Shown here in pieces: positions 12,778-24,100 of a stretch of DNA of 64,000 nucleotides. Made by a program: the position numbers and the translations under genes. The notes below the pieces were generated by a model. The model saw only the letters and a program-made list of their open reading frames with translations, ran no database searches and was not told where the DNA came from. Source of the stretch: Klebsormidium nitens. Lineage: Eukaryota; Plantae; Klebsormidiophyceae. How positions within the stretch are numbered: position 1 is the stretch's first letter; each line of letters begins with the position of its first letter. The stretch lies in NCBI GenBank assembly GCA_000708835.1, contig DF237063.1, forward strand, positions 1 to 64,000, given 5' to 3'.

Positions 12778-14091
12778 TTACCGTTGTACAGAGACTCCAA
12801 CTTGGATATTCTTGAAGTCTTCGAGGACCAAGCTTCTTATTGCACTGAGGTTCACTGAATCGACGACAAACGCTATTCAAGTATTCTGAGAGCTGGGCAA
12901 ACTTTAACTAACATCCTCAGGTTAGCGTAAACCTGCGAAAAGGATTCATCATCTACAAACAGGTTGTATACTCGAATTCTAGTCAGGCTCTTTGAGCACT
13001 CTTTGGACAGGACTCCAAAGGGCAGTGCACCCAACAGCTCTTTGTCAAGATGCAGCGTTTGTAGCTGCGGAGGAAGGAAGAACGCAAAGTCGCGGAGACC
13101 CACGTTCATCTTTGCAGTCGGAGGGTATTTTTGCAAAGCTACATTCAAAACTTGCAAATTTGGGCAGCCCGTCAACATCTTCAAAAGCGGGTCTATAGTT
13201 TCCACTTCATTACCTCTGACTGTAAGATTTCGCAGCTTTGTCAGCCTTCGCACCTTGGAAGGCAGAATGACGGTATCAAAGACTTGCAACTTGGGTGCTT
13301 CTAAGATGAGCAACCCGTAATCCACCTCCAAGGCAATGAGATTCTTTGCAACTATCTTCAGAGGATACGTCTTGTATCTGCAAAGGAACCCTTCCTTCCC
13401 TGAGAGTCGCTTCAAGGTGTCGGACTTGACTACAATATCCAGTGCACTAGATCCTCCCATTCTAGGGTCTCTAGCACTGGCAGTTCATTGGTGATTGCCT
13501 CAAACCCATACTTACTGATCTCCAACTTGATGAGGCGGAGCTTTTTAATCCACAAACATCTTGTTACAGGCGTGATAAATGTCTCATATCTGCCCAATAT
13601 CCGCAGCTCTTGGACTTTGGAGGGCCCCATCCAGGCCCCGTAGTGACCCTTTAGGGCCTGAGTCTGTGTTCCATGCTGGTTATCCTGATTCGAAACATTG
13701 CCATCTAGTTCTTGAAGCCTCCAAAGACCTCCCCAATGGTAATCTGAAATGACTTGTCCAGTTGTCCTGACATACATCCGAGATGGCAGGCAGTGCCGGA
13801 TTCCAGCGGTGAACAGCTTAGCAGGCACGGTCTTAAGTGCCTCTTGGCTAACACCAAGGACAGAAACTCTAATTCCACTCCCTTCCTGTCCTTACAGGTC
13901 AGAAAGGACACCAGAGTAGCCGCATCCTTCTCGTCATAAATGCGCCAAAGAAGCTTGGTCACCCGTGAAGAGGCTGACCTCCACTGCCGGCAGACTAGCC
14001 GTGTTTCCAGCAAGTCTTCGCCATTGGCTGCACCAACCATGCTGAGAATGCCCCCCAGGATTTCTTCTGGCAGCTGCTGAATACGAGCCAT
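12778..14091 (-). pseudogene. Intronless F-box protein with degenerate LRR-like repeats, interrupted by three frameshifts (pseudogene or assembly indels)
   Basis: ATG at 14091 begins MARIQQLPEEILGGILSMV...LLETRLVCRQWRSAS, an F-box motif. The protein continues through overlapping ORFs 13705-14091, 13430-13828 and 12873-13460 (LETLE, CPNLQVLNV, CPALRILE). A fourth frame gives IAFVVDSVNLSAIRSLVLEDFKNIQVGVSVQR* ending at 12778. Confidence 0.75.
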
Positions 14092-14743
14092 TGCTGACAG
14101 GGTCAGGACTGGGCCGCTCTCTACCGTCGACGTCCTTCTCTACCAAGACCTGCACAATGGACAGGCTCTTTGTCGTTTGACACCTCTGCTCTCACAATAA
14201 TCCTACCTAGTATACCTAGTGTGTTTTTGTCGAATTTTCTTGTCAATATTTCAATGGATGTAACGTGGTTCGAGGAACCGTCAATCCTGGGAAGTTTGAC
14301 CTTGTGCAAATGAATGCTTGACAATATGAGTGTTGCAAAGAAACCGTCAAAAGATTGCCAGCGTCAATAAAAAGGCACGAAAAGGCACCGCGTACTTTAA
14401 AAGTTGATGTTTTATACTGCCTCGGGAATCGGAACCCAGCTGAGCTAGGCTGGCTGGTGGCAGCTAGAGACAGCATGCTTCATGAAGGTTTGGAAAGATC
14501 AATCTCTGAGTCCATGGTCGCAGCGTTCTGCTTGCTTGCTTTGCGTTCCCCTAGCTCTATCTTTGTCCGAATAGCGTTAGCTGGCAGCAGTTGGTCAGCT
14601 TGGTTGTTCTAACAGATCCTGCATGAAAAATCAGCTACATTTCTTGCCGAAAGAATCGGAATTTGATTATCGGAGGGCAAAGCCAGCTGTGATCAGAAAT
14701 AGTAGTAGAGATCCCTGCACAATTGTACGACATTGCAGCCAAA

Positions 14744-17700
14744 ATGGTTATTTGTGCACTTAGTGCATCTCAAGTCCCTGTCATAAGCCTAGCAGACGGC
14801 CAAACGAAAGCTAGCGTCGCTGCAGCAATTAGGGAGGTAAGTGGCATAAGCGTGCACTTATGAAGCTGAGGTAGCGTCCACACGATCAGAGATTGATGTT
14901 CTTGAATAAGGGGATAAAGACGATCTTGAGCTGAGGCAATGCTGCTCATTCCCCATCTAAATTGAGGTAGGGCAAAAGATATTGTAATGTCATAAGCCGC
15001 AGCTGCGGGTGCAAAATAGAGTCAGTACCGGCATCAGCAGAGGCTGGAGTTGCAAAAACAACTTTACTGACTCTGGCAGAAGTTGGACAGGATGACACCA
15101 GTAGAGTCTCATTTGAGCAGTGAATAGAATTGTGTGCTGTCCTCCGTACCTCCTTTGCTTGCCACATGCTGAACGTTTCATTGAAGTATGTATCAGGGGG
15201 TTGTCAAAGTTCCCTGCGTGCTGGGCAATCTGTGTCCAAGGGCTGCGTCTGGAGTGGCAGCCCGTTGAGAATGTACTGCTGATGATGAAAGCTGATAATC
15301 ACTCGCTTCATCCCAGGCTTGCACCAACCTTGGCTTCTTTTATGTCAGCGATCATGGAGTTGACGAGAGCCTCGTGCAAGCGGCATTTGAGCAATGCTGC
15401 TTGTTCTTCAATCTGCCTGAGGTGAGGCATAGAGAACACTCATTCAGAAGTTCTGGAGAGTAGTTCAAAAAGAATTTCCGACCATGCAACATCGCTGGGT
15501 CTTGAACTTGACATTGTTTCCTGCAGACCTGTGTGCTCATTTGATCTTGTACCATTTTTCCTGGACGCTTTTAGAATGACAAGACAATTGTAGAATAGTT
15601 GTCCTGTAAAGCCAGTCCCCATAGATGACACGTCCTCTGTTCTGACCCAGGAGAAAAAGCGAAAGTGCTTGCAAGACTCAAACAATCGAGGGTACACACC
15701 GCTGGCGGAACAGATGCTTGATGCGTCGAGACAAACTAGAGGGGATACAAAAGAAGGGTACTACATGGGACGGGAGGTTCCGCTGGACCATCCAGATGCC
15801 AGCAAGCCCCTTCATGGGCCCAACGTTTGGCCTGACCCAGGTATAAATCCTAATGTTGCGCGTTTTGTTGAGTGGTTATTGGAGAGATGATTGAACCTGC
15901 TCAAAGATCATAACCGTTTTCCATTCTCTCGTCTGGAAGGATGTTAGACCTGTGCAGCTAATCTGCAGCTCATAATGGCGGCAAAGCAAACGCAGCTTGT
16001 GGCTAACGATTGCTCAAATTCAAATCTGCCGATCAAACAGGTGTGAAGAAGCAAGTACGTACAAGAGAAGGTGCCATCTGAAGCGAGTACGTAAAAGAGA
16101 AGGTGCCATCTGAGATGCTGTCGTTATCTCCTGGCCTGGTTATTTGAAGCCAATACCCTTGTTTAGTAACAGTTCTCAGCCATCTACTTGTGAATCCCCT
16201 GACACTCCAGGAGTCCCAAAGCTCTAGAATCACAACCTGAAGTATCACGATTGTTCTGTATGATATAATACAAATGTTGATCATTATTTGCTTCAATCAT
16301 GAAATCTGTCCTTGCAGCCCTCCTTCCGGACTGGCGGCCCACCATGGAGCGCTATCAGGCCGCCATGATCCAGCTCGCTTTGAAGCTGACGGACTTCATT
16401 GGCTTGGCACTTGGATTACCAGAGGGCTTCTTCAAAAAGCCCGGCATGTTTGATAACCCGATGACAGTCTTGCGGCTCCTCCATTACACAGGTGGGGTCA
16501 CTAGAACTCAGAATCAGTGTGGGTCGTTTCATCCTGTCTGGTCCTCTTACCGCTGCTGCTGGCGTTATGCTTTCCAAAAATATTGATAAGGTCATCGAAA
16601 ACTTGGTTCCATCAGTGGTTATTACTTGCCTAGGGTGCTGATTAGAGTACTGCCATCTCAATTTCATCGGTTCGATTATTTTCCGTTTCCATGATGACCG
16701 CACCGCTGACGCACGGGCATATGCATATCTGACATCAAGACTGTGCCCGCCGTTGAACGTCTTCAATAAATGAAGTCCCCTTTAAACAGTTAATAAAAGG
16801 AAGAGAACCTGAGACCGGAATCTGCTCAAACCTGGCAAGCACATCGGTCAAGAGTAGAGTTTTAACTAACCAGATTGCCATATTTGAAATGGATTATAAT
16901 TGGGCTATAAGTGGGTTATGGTCGGGTTAGAAGCTAAGATTGGCTTATAACTGGTCGGGTTATTGTTTGGTTGCAGAGGAGAAGTCCGCGCCAGAAGAAG
17001 GCGTCTTCGGCGCCGGCGCCCACAGCGACTGGGGAATGCTGACGCTGCTCAAGACGGACTCTGTTCCGGGCCTCCAAGTGAGTCTCCCCCTCCAGCCTGT
17101 CCCAAAATGAATACCTATCAGGCTGGTCCAGAAATCTGCTTTCGACCGATGAGGCTATTCACGTCGGTCGAGCTCTGTGAAGGTGCTGTTGAGAGCAACT
17201 GAAGCACCGTTTGTATTGTGTGGAACAGATGACACGAGGGCTTATCCAAACAAAGCCTGTTCTTGAACGCCTCTTCTTTCGACTTGAGTTCGTCGCGAAA
17301 GTATGTCGGTGACTACGGATTACCATCCGACTTGCTGATGACTTGCAGGGGGTGGATACTGACAGGACTCCGAAGGGTCTTCACGACCGCTATTATTTTC
17401 CAAAAGCATCCGATCGTTGGTAGCTCGGGTTTGCCTTCTGGGCGACTTGATGCCTTTCTCTAGAATTGTTCCTTCGACACTTATCCCGGAACCGCTGCCT
17501 AATCACACACGTCCCGAGTTTTGCCGCAAAGTGTTGGAAACTGCCGGGAACGCCGCAACGTGTTAGAAACTGCTCGGAAACGATTCTCCATAATTCCGCA
17601 GATCTGCCTGGAGAAAGACGCCGAGAATCAAACGTGGCTGGACGTACCCCCCGTCGAGGGCGCTTTCATTGTCAACATCGGGGACATGCTCGAGCGGTGG

Positions 17701-19758
17701 AGCAACGACCTGTTCAGGTAGGTACCGCGGCACTTGCCACCACTCTAGTTTGCCACCAGTCACGGTTCAAGTCGAGAATTCGTACAAGAAAGGTGGCTGC
17801 GCAGAGTGCGTCGCACTGCCGTTGCAAGATTGCGTCCCAGTCGAGAACGATATAGCCATTCCGAGTTGAGCATATACTAGGGGTTTCGACACACGAATTC
17901 CAACTCTTTGTCGGAGTGCGGGAGACGAACCGACCGGTAAAACATTCGCTAGTTAGATACAGGAGGAGCGGCCTGTTGGAACCCTCCGATCCCGCTTCGT
18001 CTCGCTTGTGCAGCACCAAAGCCTAAGGACACGGTTTTCGGAAACTGCAGAATGTTAGCGTCAGCTTTGGACTCTGATCTCGAAAATACCGGTAGAGGCC
18101 CCTGTTTTGTTGTAAAACGGCACTCCTCTCATTGAACATCCGATGTGAGGTCCTCTAAGGGTCCGACTGCCTCTGATGGAAAGCAGGAAACGATAGCTCC
18201 TGTATCTTCGACATCTGGTGTTCTACAATGACACTGTGGATGAACGCGAGTAGATTGAAAAGGGAGCCGTGCCTTTCTGTTCTTCGCCGACCCCTACTTC
18301 ACGCATTTTGACCCGTCATGCTTTGAAGCGTGCGAACCAGGGGGCTTTGGCAGGGAAAGCTCGGTCAACGAAGGACTCTGTGGAGAGGATTGAAGTAGGA
18401 AAGGCACAACCTTCGACAGTCTCTGACCAATGTCTGGGCTTAGAGGGTTCTGTATTTTAGTAGTGAGCGCCTGAAGTCAAGCGCCGATCGGCAGTTGATA
18501 AAAGGGCTGCATCGGGTTGTTGTACTTGGGGGAAGGTTGACTGCGAGTCCTTCTTGGAGCTACGGCGTTCAGCCACTTCAGCAATTGATGCTGCTTGACC
18601 TTATTCCAATCACGAAAGTCTGCGCAGTACGCTTTCGGTTCATCAACAGACAGACTTTGCATTGAACAAGCCCGTCGCAGCCGGTGTCTCTTTGGCCCCC
18701 TCAAACCCGCCACTTGACTCCTTGGAAAATCCTTCCCGTGACATGGGTTGCCCTGTACTGTGGAGGCATGATGCTTTATCCGCTCTTCTTGAGTAAACAG
18801 TTAACCATGTGCCTCTGTACAGATCCACACTGCATCGGGTGGTTGGCCGTGGGCAAGAACGTTTCTCGGTGAGCCGCATAACGTACAGATCTCCGTTTGT
18901 AACATCTGCTTGGGGTGCCGGTTCTTTTGATGGAGGACACTGCCGGTGAATCTTTCAAGCAGAAAGCAGGGATGAAAATTTGAGGGGTCCCTGACCTTGA
19001 ACTGGTTTAGCCTCCTCTCTTTCGGAGTGTAAGGGTCGTCGTGTGCTTAGATCGCTTGTCTTCTGCCCTTAGCATCCTCCAAGATTCCAGAGCATCCAAA
19101 GCGCTTGCGGAAGTCGTTTGCGTTTCCAACAAATGCGACCCTGCCAACTCGGTCCGTGATTATTTGTTGCTAAAATGGACCGTTGAAACGCGTACTTCCG
19201 CAGTGCACTTGAAGCGGAACGCCTCATGTTTTTCACAAAAGTGCTACGATTGGTGGCCGTGGAAGTATCGGACAATCACCTTCAAAGACCATGCTTGTCG
19301 TAAGGCACAGCTGTTTTGTATACAGATTCCGTTCTTTTTCGAGCCCAACTTCGACTGTCTCGTGGAGTGCCTCCCCCAATGCTGCAGCCCCTCGAATCCC
19401 GCGAAGTAAGCCACTTCTTCTGAGCTTCGGACTTGTGAACGCAAATCTTTGCACTACGACCCCCTGAAACAGAGTTACCAGTTCACAAAGCCCATCTTAT
19501 GTTCGCCACTTCAGGAGTCAAGCTTAGGGAGACGGAAATGCTGCCAAACACTTGATTACTCACGAGTCCAATATTGCGGCCTGCTCCATGCGAGTCGTGT
19601 CGTTTCATTTCACTGCTTGTTGGTTTCCCGTCGGAGATACTCCTCGTTTGGTGCACAATCTCCTTTTCTTTTTGCTAAAACGCAGGTATCCTCCAGTGAC
19701 GGTTGGCGAGTATCTCATGGGCAAGCTCAAGTCCACACATGCCGGCTATAAGGCATGA
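14744..19758 (+). CDS. 2-oxoglutarate/Fe(II)-dependent dioxygenase (DIOX_N + 2OG-FeII_Oxy), 9 exons
   Basis: Exons: 14744-14836, 15317-15421, 15651-15840, 16318-16491, 16977-17077, 17602-17717, 18823-18868, 19326-19405, 19686-19758. Motifs: ACTNLGFFYVSDHGV, RGYTP, KEGYYMG, GPNVWP, GAGAHSDWGMLTLL (HxD), GAFIVNIGDMLERWSND, STLHRV (distal His), ERFSIPFFFEPNFD (RxS). The start codon is the least certain part. Confidence 0.92.
16054..16113. repeat. ~28-bp near-tandem duplication in a dioxygenase intron
   Basis: agtacgtacaagagaaggtgccatctga followed by agtacgtaaaagagaaggtgccatctga. Confidence 0.8.
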
Positions 19759-21155
19759 CGAAGGCTCAAGACCGACGTGTTGATTGCGGGGTCCACGCAG
19801 CAGCGGTTGAAGGACACCATGATTGCTAGAAGTTGCTTGTACCGCTTACTTGCCACTCACAGCAAGCATTCTATTGTTTTGCGAAGTGGGGCACGGATGC
19901 CTACGCATGTGTTATAAAAGTTGCGCCTTTCCGTACAAAGCTAGATGTATAGATGCTAGGGCTATAGGAGGCTGAAGCAGTTATGGTTAGTAGTAAGTGT
20001 CCAGAACGCCATGGCACACCGCGATCAGAAAAAAAAGCACTACTGCCGTTAGCAAGACTTGTATTTATGTATAAGAAATTATAGATCATGCAATTAACCG
20101 TCAATCTGATAGAGAAACAATGCTCTGGGGGCCGAGCTGGCTTTGAAAGGAAAGGACGACAGTGCGCACTGGATGCCATGGTGACGCACGTTGTATTAGG
20201 TAAATCGATCCTAGTCGGGCAACTAGCCAGAATTGCGGACTCACTAGGAAGAAGTTGTGTGATTCGAATATAACCTTAGTAAAGAACCAAGCTCTTGTTC
20301 TTCGATCAATGGTCATCAAGAGCCAATCGCGTGGGACGGAGATCGATCTAGGATGCAAGAAGATACACCGGTATCACAAGGATAGAATATAAACGCCCTC
20401 TATGTGTACGCCTATAAGCAGAATCAGCAATTGGCGCGGATTAAGTACTCGTGATCAGCGGTTCAATCGCCCACATCGGCGACCTACACGTATCGCCACT
20501 GCTTAATTCTTATTCACGTATGCAACTTGTTGAAAACTTTTTTGGCGCTGCGATTTTGAAGACTTCTGTACTGGCGGCTCTGCCCAGTGTTGTTTGTATA
20601 AGTCTACGCTATGCACCGCGCTGGCATGACAGTGACTCGCTAATGCGTCTATATCACATCAGCCTAGGTAGCCTAGACCCCAGATTCGTGTGAACTGACG
20701 TGCCGACCCTCGTGGGCCACAGTGCAATCCGATCAGGCCATGAGCTCCGTGCAAGCACTTGTTGCAAACTTGGTGAAGCTTTTGATCTCACGAGTATATG
20801 CGGGACACGAATGCGAACTTATCCCACGTTTAAAGCGATGACAGAGACGAATGTGGATCCGATCGTGCAAAACCGATGTCCTCCTTTCCTACCTAATTAC
20901 AAGTATGTACACCTTTGCACTTCCAATGATGACCTTTGACCGTTTCCAGTGGTTCACATGGCGACTGCTGTTTTTGAAGCTACCCTGATGCACCTCTACC
21001 GAGGCTAGCGAAACTAGGATAAAAGAATGTTGTGACATTTGAGAACCCCTCACCTTTGCGTCTCATTGTGCACGCCCGCTGCGGACGCTTGCATATTCTA
21101 CTTTTACAAGTTGAGGGTTAAAGAACACCCCCGGTTCGTCTGGTATTGATGTGTC

Positions 21156-24100
21156 CTAGCTAGTGCCGTCTACATCATCGCTTTCGTCGCTGCTAGTCTC
21201 CTTGCCTCCACCCATACCCGGAAACATGAAAAGAAGGCCGCTCGACGCCTCATCATCCCACTTCTGTCTGAGCCCCTCCAGTGCTGATGATGCCGCACGC
21301 GCGACAAGCTTGTTCCGATCGTTGGAGAGACGCTGCCAATCAAAGACGGACAGATGAGTCGTCCATCATAACTCTTAACACCTCTTGTATGCCCCGAAGG
21401 TTCAGCCTCTCTTTCTTTTCCCTCCGAGAACCACACGGCCAGAATCTGCAAACAGTCTACAGATAACGAGATGAAAATAAGATGGTAACGAGCTTCGGAC
21501 TTGAAGCGCCAGTATCAATGTACAAAGGTCTTCGACGACTGTTCGGATCACTTTGATCAACCTTTCGTGACATGCAGTAAACCGCCGTTTGCAGGAACTA
21601 AGACCGACTTCCCTCCTCTCCATCAGCCTTTTCTAGGAACTACCTTGATGGACATAGTTGCCCGGACTTGCCCATCTGTCTACATGTGTAGTACATCGTC
21701 CGAGCTAAATGCTTTCAACCATCTGAGCACTGCTTTCTGCATTGATGAACGACGTCTTTCCATATTGAGCTAGAGCCCCTCGGTAACCTGAGTCTCACCT
21801 CGAGGGCGCTGATGCCCGCGTTCCCGAGAGCCCATAGCGAGGGAGCAGCCGCCAAAGCCTCTGCCAATGCTCGCCTGCATCAAAATGGTGAATAAATGAT
21901 CAAAACAATGAATCTGCGGGACACTTTCAGTAGGTAAAAAGCACCGCTTATGGAGACGGCTAAAATTTGGGGTGGGGGCTAAAGTCAATGGTGATTAACA
22001 TACTTTCAGGGTCTTCTTTGGACAATCCAGGTTGCAAACCAGAAATTTTCTACAATGTAACCTTATGCGAACGATTGCCGGACCGCGGAGGAGCTTCTGT
22101 TGCCTGCCAGAACTCCTCTTATTGTAAAGCGTTGAACCCAATTCTCGACCTTTCTCGTTTAGCAGTTTCTAAAACCCGAGTCGTCTTTCAACATTTCAGG
22201 CCGCAGACATGCACCTCGCAACGTGTCGAAGCCTGGACCTAAGCGCGGAGTGCATTGCATATAGGACCATCTCCCGCACGTGGCTGACATGGGGTCCCGC
22301 TAAGCTCCAGCCTTCTGGAATTGAAACTTAATCTTAACACGCCCAAGAGCGCGCACTTTGTCCGCCTTTCTTCCCGCCGAATGTAAGTAGCTTTCCAATC
22401 TTGTTTTGCCCCTAGGATGCGAGAGAAACAGAAAGGCCGGATTTGGTGCCGCTTCAGCCTCGATATTGAACGCTGCCTCTCTGCTCTTGGTCCACTTTTA
22501 CCATCTGGCGGTGCTGCCAAATCGTGGACCAAAATCTCCATCATTCCGTACACAAGCGAGACCGACAGCTCAGACACGAGCACCACATGCTGCCACCTTC
22601 CATCGCGTCCGAGTTCGTACCGGGGGTTCCTAGTCCACAAACCCGCAGGACAATCCTCGCATCCAGATCCTGAATACCTAGGAATTTGAAGATGCACCGC
22701 AGCCAGATTATCAAGTTCCAGGAATTCTCGACCATTGTCGAGCCCAAAAAAACTTTCGCAAAGTCCAACCCAAATCCCAAAATCGCATACCTAGTTGCCG
22801 CGTCGGGCGAGTGGGACGCCTCGGTCACGAGCACTGCGGCGCTGCCCCCGTCAGCTTCGTCGAAATCCAGCAGCGCCGCCACAATTAGCTCCAGCTCTTC
22901 GCTGTCCTCCGCACTGGCCGTGCTTTCTGCTGTCTCCTGGGCCAGACTGCCCACCACCTCCAAATACGCCGCCTGCAGATAAGTAGAGGTTAACAGGGGT
23001 CATAACCAAAGTTTGACCGAATTTTCAAACCCATCTTTTCAAGCGCTGCTTTCGCTGTCCCTCAGCACTGACAGCGCTCTCCGCTGTCTCCTGGGCCAGG
23101 CTGCCGACCACCTCCAAATATGCGGCCTGCAGAATCACCTTATGATAACCAAGTTATAGCCGAAGCTTGACGGAACCATCTAACGAGATTTGCAACCAGC
23201 ACCGCTACAAACAGCTCCAGCTCGTTGCTGTCCTTCGCACTGGCAGCTTCCTCCGCTGTCTGTTGCGCCAGGCTGCCAACCACCTACAAACAAGCCACCT
23301 GCCGTGACCCACATAATAACCATGTTGTAACCCAGAGCTTAATCCGTGTACAACAAAACAATAACCATGTTGTGACCAGAGCTTGACCGAACCGTTCCAG
23401 CTGTCATTCGGACTGGCAGGATCTCTGCTGTTTCCTAGCTAAGCCGCCCCCAATCTCCAAGTATGCTGCCTGCAGATGACGACAAGTTAAGCCCATTATG
23501 ACCAAAGCTTAACCCAAGCGCCTAACCTCAACTAGGGCCACACCAATCACCTCTGCCCATTCACTGTCCTCTGCACCGGTGAAATCATCAAATCGCGGTT
23601 TCTGACCGACTTTGAACGACTGAAAGGATCAGTTCGGACATAGAATGAATCTTTTCACTTGGAACGTTCACGTCAGTAGACTTCGATGTCGCCACGTCCA
23701 CCTCAAACTAAACCGCCCGCCAAACCCACCTGCATCTCTGCCGCCTGCTCAGCCGTACTCAGTCTAGTTTTCGACGAGCGCGCACCCTTCCGCTTGGACG
23801 AGCCGCTCTTAGCGGCCGACTTCGCCTGGATGAGCCGCGTGAGCCCCTCCTGGATCGCTCTTACTGACGTGGCAGCAGCGTACGCGTCCTCCATCACGCG
23901 CCGCCGGGCGCGGAGGTCGGCGAGCCGCAGGTCCGCCTGAACATGCAAACCGGCGTTAACGAGGGCCACGTTTCACATGGCCCTGCTGTTGCAAAAAGGG
24001 CTTGAATCGCAACTGGAAAGCACTGCGACTTTGGCAGCGCGTGCCTTTCTGAGCAACGGCTAGAGCTGGATCGTCGCCGTAAGGAATGGACTTCCGATGG

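Noticed and set aside
18477-18713. DEPKAY...KW stretch recalling a copia EPKTY motif in a dioxygenase intron
   Set aside because: The match is only a few residues, and there are no neighbouring integrase/RT motifs or LTRs.
22239-22697. 152-aa ORF in phase with the AAF exon ending at 22791
   Set aside because: The exon at 21799-21874 supplies the conserved AAF continuation in the same phase. This ORF has no recognisable homology and is treated as intronic.
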